Shown here piece by piece: positions 1-11,965 of a DNA stretch of 42,684 nucleotides (its first letter is position 1; every line of letters starts with the position of its first letter). The stretch lies in NCBI GenBank assembly GCA_002256025.1, contig NKIB01014547.1, positions 1-42,684 of the forward strand. The letters run 5' to 3'. The DNA is from Asterionella formosa (taxonomy: Eukaryota). The position numbers and the translations under genes were made by a program. The notes under the pieces were generated by a model. The model saw only the letters and a list, made by a program, of their open reading frames with translations. It did no database searches and had not been told where the DNA came from.

Positions 1-448
1 TACTAGTGCCTACGAGGACAAAAAGAATTATAGCACGTTACTTTGTCTATGACAAGAAAATTATTGGGTGTTTGGTTCCACCTCGAGAAAAATGTACAGG
101 GGGGTCCAGCAACCATAGGGGGGGTCCAGGACAATGAAGTATACGGGTAGGTACCAGGTCCCGTACATTGAACAAAAAGCATCAACCAGCCATCAGTGAA
201 AAAAATGCACCAAGTCCGCGCTTTTGCTTGACGTACTACCGGAATATATGCACCGCCTAGAGGCATACGTAGATGTTGTTGTTCGTTGTTGCCTGTCAGC
301 CTCAAGAAAATAAATCATCATTACAAAAAAAAATAAAAGCATGGGATGGGACAGTTACTACTAATATAGACTGTCATCCCTTAGTTGCATTAATAGCTTT
401 TACAAACTATATTTGACCTTCAACTTGGATCACGCACACACAAATACG

Positions 449-1528
449 ATGAGATTTTCCCTTGCTGTTGTGACTGCAGCACTCGCTGTCACTGTCCAAA
501 GAATGGGCGCTTGCAGTGCCTTTAGCCCTTCCATTGCCTTTACTCCTCGTACTACTGGCACTCCATACCACACTGAAACTTCACTTTTCGCGATTGGAGT
601 CCTGGCTCGCAAGGCCAAGGAAGCCGACATTCGAAAAGCCATTCAGGCCGGCGTTCCGGACGACGTTATGGAATACTACAAACGAATTCAAGCTGCCAAC
701 GACAACGACTCGTCGTACGTTCCTGCACCTCCTGGACCACTCCAGCAAGTACTGACGAGACGAAAGGGAACTATTACCATTATTGCTGAATACAAACGCA
801 AACTCGACGGGCAGTCGGGCTTTGTCAGTGACGTCTTTGATCCGGAGATTCTTTCGCCCACCTTTCGGGAATTCGGGGCCGCTGCCATTGCAGTCATGGC
901 AGATGAGCGCATGGGAGGTTGCACCTACAACGATTTGGAGAGATTTGTGGAAGAGCAGCGTCGCGCGCGGAATGAAGTGCCAGGGAGTGTCTTGGTTGTC
1001 AACAACGATTTGATTGTTGATGAATTGCAAGTGGCGCAAACTGCCGCCATTGGTGTCAGTGCCATTGTCATTACGCTCGCCGTGGTGGGACCGCAAAAAT
1101 GTTTAGATTTGCTCAAGGCGTCACAAGCGGTCGGGGTGGAAGCAATTGTTGCCATATCCTCCAAGGAAGAAGCTCAGACAGCAGTGAATATGGGGGCCAG
1201 AATAGTTTCTGTGGTCAATGTCCAAGGCGCTGAAGAGAAAGCTGCATGTGTGGAAGGTCTCGATGACAGCGTCACTACGATTGCGAATATTTTGTGTCAG
1301 GACAATGCGCAAATGATGGAAATTGAAGAAGCATGGATTTGCAGAGACAAGGGTTTTAATTGTGCGTGGGTCAGTGATGCCTTGTACAAGGGTACTGATT
1401 CCACGGAACATCCAGGTGCGATTATTAAAAGCATGGCAGCCAAGAGTTCTGTCAAGTGGGCGAGCGTAAAGGCGAGAAATGGCAAGGGTGAAGGAGCCAG
1501 AGAGTATCTTGGTGATATTCTCATGTAG
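449..1528 (+). CDS. Plastid-targeted indole-3-glycerol-phosphate synthase (IGPS/TrpC)-like TIM-barrel protein, apparently catalytically degenerate
   Basis: Intronless ORF from ATG 449. Signal peptide MRFSLAVVTAALAV..CSA-FSP (ASAFAP-type) followed by an S/T-rich transit peptide. IGPS-like motifs IIAEYKR, GAAAIAVMADE, DLIVDELQV, SSKEEAQTA..GA, WVSDALYK. Confidence 0.8.
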   Translation: MRFSLAVVTAALAVTVQRMGACSAFSPSIAFTPRTTGTPYHTETSLFAIGVLARKAKEADIRKAIQAGVPDDVMEYYKRIQAANDNDSSYVPAPPGPLQQVLTRRKGTITIIAEYKRKLDGQSGFVSDVFDPEILSPTFREFGAAAIAVMADERMGGCTYNDLERFVEEQRRARNEVPGSVLVVNNDLIVDELQVAQTAAIGVSAIVITLAVVGPQKCLDLLKASQAVGVEAIVAISSKEEAQTAVNMGARIVSVVNVQGAEEKAACVEGLDDSVTTIANILCQDNAQMMEIEEAWICRDKGFNCAWVSDALYKGTDSTEHPGAIIKSMAAKSSVKWASVKARNGKGEGAREYLGDILM

Positions 1529-1852
1529 AGGATTACGGCGCTGTATGCAACATGTGACTCAAGACTCAAGCCAACATCTAGTAGTACTGGTGCGAAGTGG
1601 AATAGTTCCTAGTTGAAATTTAGTTACAAAAGTTTAAGTTTGCGCTTCGTTAGGGGAAATGTACATTTTCACCTATATTGTGCTCTGACTTGGTCTAGCC
1701 AAGTCTTCCCTCTGTATGACATTGCCGTTATCTGACTCTACGCTTATACCCCGACGAGTTGCAAGTTAAGAATTAACGAACGAGTTGTAGCGACGTAAAG
1801 CAACTCTAATGCTTTCTGCCTATGAACCTTTGAAAACATTGGAGCAATTCCC

Positions 1853-4821
1853 TCACAAGTCGACATTTGGATGGACCATTAATTTTGCATGTTGCTCCTG
1901 GTCCTTGTTTGTGGGGTGATCACCAATGATCATCAAGGACCGATCTCTATTGACCATGCTTCGAACTACCAAATTCGTAACTTTCTTGATACGATCCATC
2001 TCCGCGACGGAATCACCAATTTCAGATTCACACTGTTCCAAGTACCAACCCACCACCTCAGACCAAGTCAAGTAGGACGATTCTTCCTTGTCGCTTTCAT
2101 CCCGTTCAAGGGATCGAAGGTGAACAGCAATGGCAGTCGACATTGCTTGGTATTCCTCATTGCTAATTTGAACCTTCTTGGATTTCTTTTCCTTCTTCTT
2201 GGGCCGTTCCGTAACATCTGGAGTAGGCACTTCGTCACGAGCCCGTATACGTGTAGCCTTACCAACCAATAGTGGATCACCCCGGGGACCTTCGCTCGTA
2301 TACTCTCCAATGTGCTGTACCACATGCTGCACCTGGTCAGTGTTCTGACCTTCTCCGTCGTCGTCGTCGCTGTCAAAAGTAACATCTTCTGTTTCGACGT
2401 GAATAATGGATTTTCGAAGCAGCCGGAAAGCCTCACGAACGTAGGCTGGTTTGACAAAATCATCCATGTGCAATCGAGCTAAAGCTTCCGACAGGCGTAT
2501 CATGGACTCCAACTGACGTACTGTAATTCTGTAGGCCGACCGAGATTGGCCAAGTGTATCGCCTTGACGAAGTTTCTGGTAACAGTCCACCAGGATTTTT
2601 TGGCTCTCATCTGTCATTTTTGGATTAAGAGATCGCGCCAGGCGGATGTAACGTTGCATCTGCTCCTTTGTGAAGGGGACAGTAACAGCTTCGTCTTCGC
2701 AGCGGTGAACCTTGAGAATATGTTCTGCAACGGCTCGATCAGCGTCTTCATTGCAATCGTCCAAGACAACAAAGAACAAATCAAATCGACTCAAAATCGG
2801 AGCAGACAAGGCGACGTTTGATTTCAAAGTCTTGGTTCGGTCATAGCGACCGTAAATTGGATTGGCAGCAGCTAAAATGGATGCACGAGCATTCAAAGTT
2901 GCTTGGATACCAGCTTTTGTGATACTAATTGTCTGTTGTTCCATTGCTTCGTGAATGGCGACTTGATCGTTAGGATCCATCTTGTCAAATTCATCAATAC
3001 AACAAATTCCATTATCCGCCAGCATAAGGGCCCCGGCTTCAATACAGTACTCTCCGGTATCTTGATCACGCTGAACAGCAGCAGTCAAACCTGCTGCTGA
3101 CGACGCCTTGCCGGAAGTGTAGACAGCTCGAGAAGGAAGGAAGGCATGCACGTATTTGAGAAATTGCGACTTGGCCGTCGACGGGTCGCCAACAATGCAA
3201 ACGTTTATATCACCTCGTAGCCTAATACCTTCTGCTGTCGTCTTGTGAATGCCACCCAAAAGCATCAACAAAATCCCCCGCTTGACCTCTCGATGTCCAA
3301 ACGTGTTGGGGCATATGGATTCGACCATCTGAAGCAAGTAGAGTAGTGTTAACGAGTGAAGCAAGAGTTGAAATAGATCAATTCGCAGAATTCAATGCCA
3401 CGCACCCGATCATATAGCTTGGAAGACTCCTTCATTCCCATTATTTCATTCTTCTGTGCCTCGGTAAATTCCATAGCTACTTCTTGCGCATCGGGCTCAT
3501 GGTCAGTAACTTGCTTGGCGCCAAAAACAAGATTGGCCAGACCTGCCAAACTCCCCGCCCTCGCCATTGCTTCCATAGGAATGACACTCGAAGCTACAAA
3601 GCAAGTGCGATAAGTCAACTCCCGTACTCCTAATGCCTTGAGTCCCCTTACCCCCCCTCCGCCACCAGTGGCTGCATCAGATCCCCGAATCCGGCCACTT
3701 GCACCCTGGGCAGCTTCACCGGCTCTGGCCAATGCCGATCCATCTGGGATAACCACCAATGATCCACTAAATATACACTTGTCTCCGGCTTTGGCTTTCT
3801 CGACCATTTCGTTTCTGACAATCACATCCATCGACCGTGGCATGGAGCCAGGAGGAATCTCGTCACTATTTTCTTGTACGCGGAGCTTTTGCCAATCACA
3901 AAAGTTAGATTCTTTAATTTCCAACATGAATTCATTAGCACTTCTATTTTGGCACCGTGGGTTCCGACAAAGCGTGGGTCGAGTGTAGTGATATTGTTGC
4001 GCGATGCCATTGGCAAGCAATCCGCATTTGTTGCATCGAAAAGTCCCCACCAAGAGTTCTGGCCGAACGTCACTGGTGCGAGTGACCGTGCCCGTTACAG
4101 CCGTGAGTCTTCCAATGCGGTCTGTCTTGAGCATGCGCACTGGCAACGTATGGGGCAAATTGTGCAGGGCGCAGAAGTAGTGTTGGTCCGAAAGGTCGGG
4201 AAATCGGTCTCGCATAAAGACGGCAATGGCAGATCGTAAAAACGATTCAAATCGTGTAAAGTCATTTTGAATGGCTTCTGCAAGTTCCAAGTCATGGTTC
4301 ATTAGATTAGCAAAATCAAGAAACATTGTGGTGGAAAATGGAGCTGTGGCTGATGTGTCGTTCGAGTTGTCTTGGCGTTGGGCCAAGAGCGCGGCTTGGT
4401 CTTCGTATGGGTATATGATGTTGGCCTCGTCTTGGACATGTCCTTCTTCGCTATCACTGTCTGGCGTGCGAGTCGGTTTGTCTGATTTCACCCGCTCCGT
4501 GCTACATATGTTTGGGGCATGCCACAAAGGCAGGAATTCAATTGTTAGGCTAGTTTCAGGAAGGAGAGAACAATTCTGATTGTGGCATTGGTATGATTTC
4601 TTGACTCACTAGTTCATCAGAAAGGAGAGGAAGCGACTCTTGACCAGTTCTCCAGACTCATCAATGAGTTCAAAGTCTCCGTTCATTTGCTCTGCAACTT
4701 GGCCTCTGGCATCCGCCAATCCCATCGCAGCCACTTCGGCAGCTGCTTCCGCTCCTCCATTGTCATCAGGAGTGGCCGGGACTGGAGCCTGATTTTCTGC
4801 TTCTTGTGATGGCGTTGACAT
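1853..4821 (-). CDS. MCM6: DNA replication licensing factor MCM6; 3 exons (4821-4610, 4501-3406, 3328-1853)
   Basis: MCM AAA+ motifs GDPSTAKSQ, IDEFDKM, SRFDL and ITVRQLESMIRLSEA; zinc finger CNKC..CRNPRC; MCM6-type VRELTYR and YTSGKASSAAGLTAAV. Introns 4609-4502 (GTGAGT..TAG) and 3405-3329 (GTGCGT..CAG) join the three ORF pieces in frame. Confidence 0.93.
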
Positions 4822-5327
4822 GTGTGCTGGTAATTCTATGCAGGTCTGTAGTCCACTGCCGGATATGTTGTGTTCAATGCCCTCTTTGATGGCTTGCACA
4901 CAAGTATTATACATACAGTGTCAGGAGGCATGTATTGTCACATTTTTCAGTATGGATATAATTTTCGTTCTCATTGAATTTTTAAATTATAAACATACAC
5001 TAATATAAAATAATAGCAAACATGACGAGCGCGCCAAATATAGAAACCAGAAGGAGTTTCCACCAGACTTTTTAGAATGATATTTTTACGCAGCACCAAC
5101 ACATCATCTCATTAATTATTTATATTAATAATGCTGTTATAAACTCATAGATCAGTTCTGTATAATACTGGTAGATAGGTTGAAACAGACTAATAGCAAA
5201 GGGACAAAGGATACAAATATTGTAACAAAACAAACTTCAAGAATGATGAGAAACAAGAAAAGTAAAATTATGTTTGCCAATAAAAAGCTCAAAGCAAAAA
5301 CGACTAAGAATATTTTCTATTGTAATG

Positions 5328-8300
5328 TCAACTGGAAGTCCCTACTTCAATATTCTCAGCAAGTGGAGCCCACCATGTTTCTTCGGCGCCTCCATCCCTT
5401 GATATCTTGACACACGCACTAACCACAAAAGCTCCATCTTCCAAAAAGCAAATGCGAGCACGATGTTCCTTTTTCTTTGACTTCCAAGGTACTGTTCGCC
5501 TAATAAGACCAATCCAAATATAATCCCGCTTGTCAGGGTTCCCTGTGGAGTTCTTGCGAGCACAGCAAAACTCAAGGACCAACGTGCATGCTTCGATCAG
5601 CTCCTGTTGTACCCACTCAGCAGTCTCAATGTCGACGAAGGTGTCAACTGGTGTACATTTCCTGATTTGCAACGCTGCTTCATTGTCAGAGCGGCCGATG
5701 CTAACCTTGATCGTGACAGGGGACTTGCAAATACGGGCGGCGAACGAAGGGTGCTCCGCAATAATTTCACGTAAACACTTTGAAGGGATCCGCACACGGC
5801 CTTGTCGAGGCTTGCGGTTTGCGGCATCGTTGCATGTAGCGCGTTCCAACACACTACCGGTAGTGCGTTTCTTTGTGTTGTTACCCGAAGCGGAGACATC
5901 TAAATCGTCGTCAACCGTGTCTTCCAACACCGTCTCCCACTGCAACGCCGTGTTTGCCACCAACTCAGCCGCAATATCAGTAACAATGCCTTCACCATCA
6001 CTACTGATTCTGCTAATACGAGGAATAACAACAGGAATTTTGACACTGACACCCGAAGTTACTCTCACTGTAGGCATTGGAGCTCCTTGGAAACCACCGA
6101 CAAGACCCTTTCGGTTTGATAAAATAACCGTTGAATTGGTTTCGTTGGCAACTGCCATCAAGACAACGACATCGTCCGATGCAACGTGAACACATTGATC
6201 CATTCCGACTCGAGTTAGGATGGAATCATCCAGATCTGCGGAATAGCGCTGCAGATCAGCGTGTCTTCGGGAACGCAATGATTCCCATTTTTTTTTCATT
6301 GCTTCATGCTGAATCTTTTGCTGGGCCAAAGACTCACACAACTCGTAGTAAGAGCTACCCCAACTCAAGTCAGAGCGAAACGTGAGTGATGAAATCCGAG
6401 GTCCTTTGACTCGAACAATCCTCAAACTCACTTCTCGTTTTCGCCAGATTTCTGTGGCTGGATTGGGCGATAGACCACGATAACGGAATCGAATTCGAAC
6501 ATTTCCGCCGTTTGCAAGTTGATTTCCCATGTCGTGAGTTGCAGCAATTTGAAAATTAACAATGCTTCCCTCACTTTGAGATTTTGCCTTGTCGTTGATC
6601 GATTTGAGGGAAAGTTTCTCGCAGATGGCTTTCATTTTTAGTGGTGGCAACCCGTCTTCTTCCATCAAAGCGTCAAAGTCCTGATCGTCGACATCGGAGT
6701 TTTCAGACAGCTCCTCTTCTTCACGCGCAGCAGCTATTGCATCGGTATCAAAGAGAACTTCATCAGGTAAACCGGGCAAACCGACACCAACGATCTGCAA
6801 ACGTTCCATGATACCAAGTCCACTAGGACCAAAGTTGTTATGAAGACGGAATGATGGAGTGGTAAAGATCTCGCCATCCGAGAGATGCACAGGAACAGTC
6901 GTGCCATCGTCGATTGCAGCCTGTGATGTAGTGAAGGAGACGTGGAGATTAGGCTGAGCTGGAACTGTCTCAATACGAGGTTTCCAATCGTCTTTGTTCT
7001 TTTTGGGACGGTTGTGCTTGCTACGTTGATACACTGACGCAGGATCTGGTACTAGCTTGTCAGACTCTACGAATTCATCATCGTCAGGAATTTGCTCGTC
7101 CTCTTCAACCTCGCCAATTGAAAGGAAAAAGGAGCGACTCATGCAGGTGACACGAACTCCAGTAACTTCAAAAAAGTCAACTCCTTTTTGTAAGGGAGGG
7201 ATCTCATTTGCGTCTTCTGTGTTGTCCAGAAGCGACTGACGGGTTTGAGCTGTTACAATAAACGGGAATTGCACTTTAAAATTCTTTGCCTTGGCTGGAA
7301 CAACAAATGACAAGGCTGTAGCCTTGATACGATCGCTACCCTTGACGTCAAATACCAACTGGCAACTCGGAATTTCAAGAGGAACAGAAAGATGGTTGCT
7401 AAATTCAATCAAGACTTCACGCTCTTCTCCCTCCGCGACCAAAGTTGCAGCCAATTTCTTCTCTGCTTGCTTCTTTTCTTTGTCAAATGGGTTGAAAAAA
7501 GTTTGCATAGCCCCCATGTTGGACTTTCCAGAGAATCCGTGTGCCTTGGAGCGCTCCAAGAGCAGGTGAGACTCAGAAGTTAAAATGCTTGCAGTTGCAA
7601 TGGTCAAAGGTACCTGGATGCATGGCTTTGTGCCATAAATGATAAATTGGTTGGGATTGTCATGATGCGACGAAAACATTGACATGCTTCGACGTAAGTC
7701 TGAAATGTGAGAAACAGCCTTTCGCTGGGCCAAGGCACAAGCAAGAGGCTGAATTTTAGGCAAAACAGCATTCAACGCTATGATAGATTCACCCTCGTCA
7801 ACCAAAGGAAACTGACGAAGGGATAAAGGCTCATCTTCTGCCCACTTTGCTTGTGCGACAGTCAACAAGGGAGATGAGATGTGGGCAGGGTTAAAAAAGC
7901 CTTGCCTGCTGCTCTGATGCTGAAGCAACTTGGTATTTTTGGGGAAGGTACTATAACGAGATGCAGCAGACGCGGCAACTGACGAATCGTCAGAATACCG
8001 GACCTCCTCCTCGTGATACTTGTTGAGCCCATCAATTAGTTTTTGGTAGTCGCCGCTGTGAGGAGAAATATCGCTCAACAGAGTCAATAAAACTTCTGCA
8101 GCAGCCTCGCTCACGATAGGATCGTCTTGCTGAGAAAGTGCGTGCAGGGTCGCAGCACGAATTGTTGCCCAACCATAGTTGCTTCCCTCTTTGAAAGTAT
8201 TTGGTTCCTTCGAATACAATTGAGCCGCGGCTAGCCAGAGGCTCGAAGATTCCGCTGACTCAGACGCTGCAAGAACGTCCGCCGCAATAGTCGTGAATAG

Positions 8301-10205
8301 GGCCGCTTTTCTTGGCAACGTCAAACGATAGCCATCATAGTGTTTCCACTTTGTAGACTGCATCCCAATTAGAGCCATTCTAGCACAGTTCGCAGCAACA
8401 TCGGCTCTGGTCAGCGGGTCTAGTCCACCACAGCTCACGGCCCGATGTAAGAGTTCAGTCCACCTCTGAAGCCTTGCAAAGCTATTGAGATCAATCAAGT
8501 CATCTCCATCCTTAGTTCTCAAATCTGTAGGAAACGTAAGTTGTGCGACAGATGTCTTGTCCCCTCGACGGGGTTCACCCGGGTCGCCCCCATAACAGCC
8601 CTCGCCTTCACCCCACCGGCACCTAAGATGTGATTCTTCAACGTGCGCTGCATAGTAGGAAAGCTTCAATAGTAGCTCCGCTTGAAATGGCGCCAACATG
8701 ACGTGCCGATTTGTAATTTGAAGCGCTTCTTCGCATAACGCATACACGACAGCAGGTAATGTCTGTTTGTGTTGCTTACTTTTCTCCGAAAATGGATTGT
8801 GCGCCAGTTGCATAATTTCTTCAGGCAATTGAAAGTTGTTTTCTAGATAAGAGTCAACATTATACCCACCCGCTTCGGCCATGGCGATGTGAGCTGCCGC
8901 GCATCCTTCCAATGCTGATGCGTACCAGAGTGGATCCGGTGATGTCTTGCACAATTCTGCAGCCCGACTATATCTCTCGTAAGCGTCCATAGGGGATCCT
9001 GCCAAGAGTGACAAGTCTGCGGCCAACTTTTCCCTCCTGCCAAGCTCTCGTTTTTGAAAGGCATCCGCGTCTTTGGGCGATAGCTCGCTATATTCCCATG
9101 TGGTATCCATTGGTGTGAGTAGCTGAGGTGCTCCATTTGGTTGTCGAAGCATGGCGCGGGTGGCATCCAATGCCATATTGAGCATTGCTCGCGCTGGCCC
9201 TTTTTCTGAACTCAACGATGTTCCCTCCGAGGATCCGAGATTACTGGTTCCGATTGGTTGATTCGGCTGCATTTTGCGCATGCCAAGAATTCCTTTTTCC
9301 TTGGACCACATGTCGTTTTCTCTAATCTTTATCTCAAGCTGTCTAAAAATGGCGACGGCCAAGTCATTTACAACGACATGTAAGTGCAAGTCCATCATAT
9401 GTTGATCCTCATGCGGTGGGAACGCCACAAGGTTCGAACCCAACTTGGATGTGGTCAAGTCCACCTTGATGAGAGTGTCCTGGAAACTGTCAAATACAAA
9501 CAATCGCTGGACTACCCCATCTCTGGCAAAGGAGCGCCCATGAGCTGTGACTTCGTATGGAGGCGTTGAATAACGCTCAGCCCATTGCGTCAATTCGTGT
9601 TCGGCTTTCAGCAAGTCCTCTTGTGTCTTCAAGTCCCGTAAATTTAAAACGCCAACAACAGCGGCTGTTCTCCTATTTGGTACCAGATCGATCCAATCTC
9701 TCGAGACGCCATGATTTAAGAGTCGGTCAAGAGCCATTCTAGATTTGAGAGGCCGACCATCAAAGCAGAATAGTCGCTGGCAGCCATGTGCCCAGTGAAA
9801 GTTTTTGAGCGGCGTCTTTTCGTACCTCCAATCGCCAGGCCGAGTGAGCTGCGCGTTGGGAACAACCAGCAGTACCTGCGAGGTGGAAGTGTTGTTGGGT
9901 TCGTCGTCGGTGAGCACTTCTTCTCTGGAATTGGCCTGTGAGGGCGAGTCGGGCTGCTTCGCCGACAACCGCGTCGTCTTGTGCGAGTCTCGTTCGCTGT
10001 AACGAGTCAAGGCAGCGAAGCACCTGTAGAAGGACTCCATGGACGAAGACTCCATAGGGTTACCATGCGAGTCCGTCGATAGGAGCGGCACCATGGCGAC
10101 AGCATTGACACCGGCTGCTCGGAACGAGGGTGTTCCAGGGATTTGGGAAAACAATTGTGGAAGGCTGCTCATGTCGCCGCTGCTGACGAGGTGCCGTTCT
10201 TCCAT
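5328..10205 (-). CDS. TRAPPC9: TRAPP II subunit TRAPPC9/Trs120-like protein
   Basis: 1625-aa ORF with the Trs120 hallmark segment GRREKLAADLSLLAGSPMDAYERYSRAAEL..DPLWYASALEG, an N-terminal NRRTAAVVGV motif, and FFNPF..LVAEGE followed by Ig-like beta regions. Confidence 0.82.
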   Translation of the reverse strand: MEERHLVSSGDMSSLPQLFSQIPGTPSFRAAGVNAVAMVPLLSTDSHGNPMESSSMESFYRCFAALTRYSERDSHKTTRLSAKQPDSPSQANSREEVLTDDEPNNTSTSQVLLVVPNAQLTRPGDWRYEKTPLKNFHWAHGCQRLFCFDGRPLKSRMALDRLLNHGVSRDWIDLVPNRRTAAVVGVLNLRDLKTQEDLLKAEHELTQWAERYSTPPYEVTAHGRSFARDGVVQRLFVFDSFQDTLIKVDLTTSKLGSNLVAFPPHEDQHMMDLHLHVVVNDLAVAIFRQLEIKIRENDMWSKEKGILGMRKMQPNQPIGTSNLGSSEGTSLSSEKGPARAMLNMALDATRAMLRQPNGAPQLLTPMDTTWEYSELSPKDADAFQKRELGRREKLAADLSLLAGSPMDAYERYSRAAELCKTSPDPLWYASALEGCAAAHIAMAEAGGYNVDSYLENNFQLPEEIMQLAHNPFSEKSKQHKQTLPAVVYALCEEALQITNRHVMLAPFQAELLLKLSYYAAHVEESHLRCRWGEGEGCYGGDPGEPRRGDKTSVAQLTFPTDLRTKDGDDLIDLNSFARLQRWTELLHRAVSCGGLDPLTRADVAANCARMALIGMQSTKWKHYDGYRLTLPRKAALFTTIAADVLAASESAESSSLWLAAAQLYSKEPNTFKEGSNYGWATIRAATLHALSQQDDPIVSEAAAEVLLTLLSDISPHSGDYQKLIDGLNKYHEEEVRYSDDSSVAASAASRYSTFPKNTKLLQHQSSRQGFFNPAHISSPLLTVAQAKWAEDEPLSLRQFPLVDEGESIIALNAVLPKIQPLACALAQRKAVSHISDLRRSMSMFSSHHDNPNQFIIYGTKPCIQVPLTIATASILTSESHLLLERSKAHGFSGKSNMGAMQTFFNPFDKEKKQAEKKLAATLVAEGEEREVLIEFSNHLSVPLEIPSCQLVFDVKGSDRIKATALSFVVPAKAKNFKVQFPFIVTAQTRQSLLDNTEDANEIPPLQKGVDFFEVTGVRVTCMSRSFFLSIGEVEEDEQIPDDDEFVESDKLVPDPASVYQRSKHNRPKKNKDDWKPRIETVPAQPNLHVSFTTSQAAIDDGTTVPVHLSDGEIFTTPSFRLHNNFGPSGLGIMERLQIVGVGLPGLPDEVLFDTDAIAAAREEEELSENSDVDDQDFDALMEEDGLPPLKMKAICEKLSLKSINDKAKSQSEGSIVNFQIAATHDMGNQLANGGNVRIRFRYRGLSPNPATEIWRKREVSLRIVRVKGPRISSLTFRSDLSWGSSYYELCESLAQQKIQHEAMKKKWESLRSRRHADLQRYSADLDDSILTRVGMDQCVHVASDDVVVLMAVANETNSTVILSNRKGLVGGFQGAPMPTVRVTSGVSVKIPVVIPRISRISSDGEGIVTDIAAELVANTALQWETVLEDTVDDDLDVSASGNNTKKRTTGSVLERATCNDAANRKPRQGRVRIPSKCLREIIAEHPSFAARICKSPVTIKVSIGRSDNEAALQIRKCTPVDTFVDIETAEWVQQELIEACTLVLEFCCARKNSTGNPDKRDYIWIGLIRRTVPWKSKKKEHRARICFLEDGAFVVSACVKISRDGGAEETWWAPLAENIEVGTSS

Positions 10206-11965
10206 TCTCGATTACCGGACTTTTGTTTGCTTAAATTGACCAGATTGAGTACCTGGTACCGAACAGATCGAGGATGCAGCCCCACTCTGGCTAACATGTA
10301 GAAGCTCAGAAGCTTGAACAGACCTGATGTCACCAGTATTGTTATAAAATATTTAATAGCCGACCGCAGCAATGATGGTTCGCGGAATATTACGTATATG
10401 TGCATCGCTATGTATCAACAATGATCACCCTTTAGACTACCAGTATTTCCAGGATTTTTAACATTTCTATTTCAATGGGTGTAGTAAAATAATATGTGTA
10501 TTTTAAACTATCAAAATACTATACCTGTCATAGTTAGCACTAATACAGTACAGTACCAGTAGTCTCCCACCATGTATTATTATTTTCGTCAAGTGTACGG
10601 TACCTGGTTCAGTATATACTTTTGTATCCTCAACTACCTCAGACGAGCATTTCATGAAAAATGTCCAGCAATACAAACCGGTAAACAAAGTAGAGCATAC
10701 TACCAGTACCTGGTACCAGGTACCAGAGTAGGTTGGTATACATAGTATTACAGCATACCAAGGTTGGAACTCCCTTTACATCTTTTATTCCATGTAGTAA
10801 GTAATAAGTTGGATAGGGTGGTGGTATACTGTGGGATATTTAAATAGCTGGCAGGAACATCTTCCTCATCAGCCAGCATCATGACCGTGACCACATTGAT
10901 AAAGAGAAAATTGTCAACATCGAAATGTGGCTGCCCCAGAGAAATATTACGAATCATCACTGCAACTATTTTTGCCCACCTGGTACCAGTACCAGGTACA
11001 AGTTGATAGTGATGTGTACTTCATGAATCCATACTGCATAGCACTTCTAGTATCATGAGTACATGAATCTGCAAGTACTAATGCATCTACAGCACCATCA
11101 GATTGATGAATCTGCTTGCACTTTAATGGAAGAATCATACTGAATCCATTTGCAATTCAAAGAAAGATTCATGATGGATCGACCAGCACTTTAATGGCTT
11201 GTCTAGCTACTTTAAGTGGAAAGTTACAGAGTGTAGTAGGCTTGATAACTTCCAGCATCATTCTTGCAAAAACAATGGAAACTAGCAAAAAATAACATAA
11301 TTTAAGCAAAACCATACTTGTGAAAGCCCTCTTTCAACTGCCAAACCAGTTGCTACACCTAGCTTTCCAAGAATTGGCTGCAATTGCAGCACTTGCTACC
11401 AGGCACTCCACCTACTGCCTGGCTAGCTTGGTGGACTGCCAGCTTCCTACACCTTGGGAAGGAATAACAAGGCTGTACGACTGCCTTCCTTGTATTGCTT
11501 ATATTGGACACTTCACTCCTGTACATCTCTAACTAATATGTAATGAAGAAATGTTCTAGATACATACTATCATACTGGTATCGGTTACCTTGTGAGCATA
11601 ATATCGGTGCAGACAGTCCTTTCATTTTCGTCCGTTGTGTCGACACATTAATTATATGCTGTGCTGCCACTACATACAATGGTGCATAATCATTCTATTT
11701 TATGTATTCCATCATCGACTACCGTTATTACATGGTGAATACCGGTAACGGTTTCCGGGTACCTGGTCCTATACATATTTCGTAGACTAGACTTAAAATT
11801 GAATGCATTCTTCGCATTGCGCCTACTGTACTGTATCTTTGTTGCCTTCCACCGCTTATTGTTGTGTGCTGATCATTCACTTTTAAAACAAATCCCTTCC
11901 CTTGCATGTTCTGACAGCGTAGTACGTCGTGACCAATAGGTTATAGAGCAAACAAAGTAAGCGCC

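Noticed and set aside
344..384. Imperfect hairpin GGGATGGGACAGT..ACTGTCATCCC as a Helitron 3' end
   Set aside because: Stem is bulged, spacing to a CTRR terminus does not fit, and there is no other Helitron evidence.
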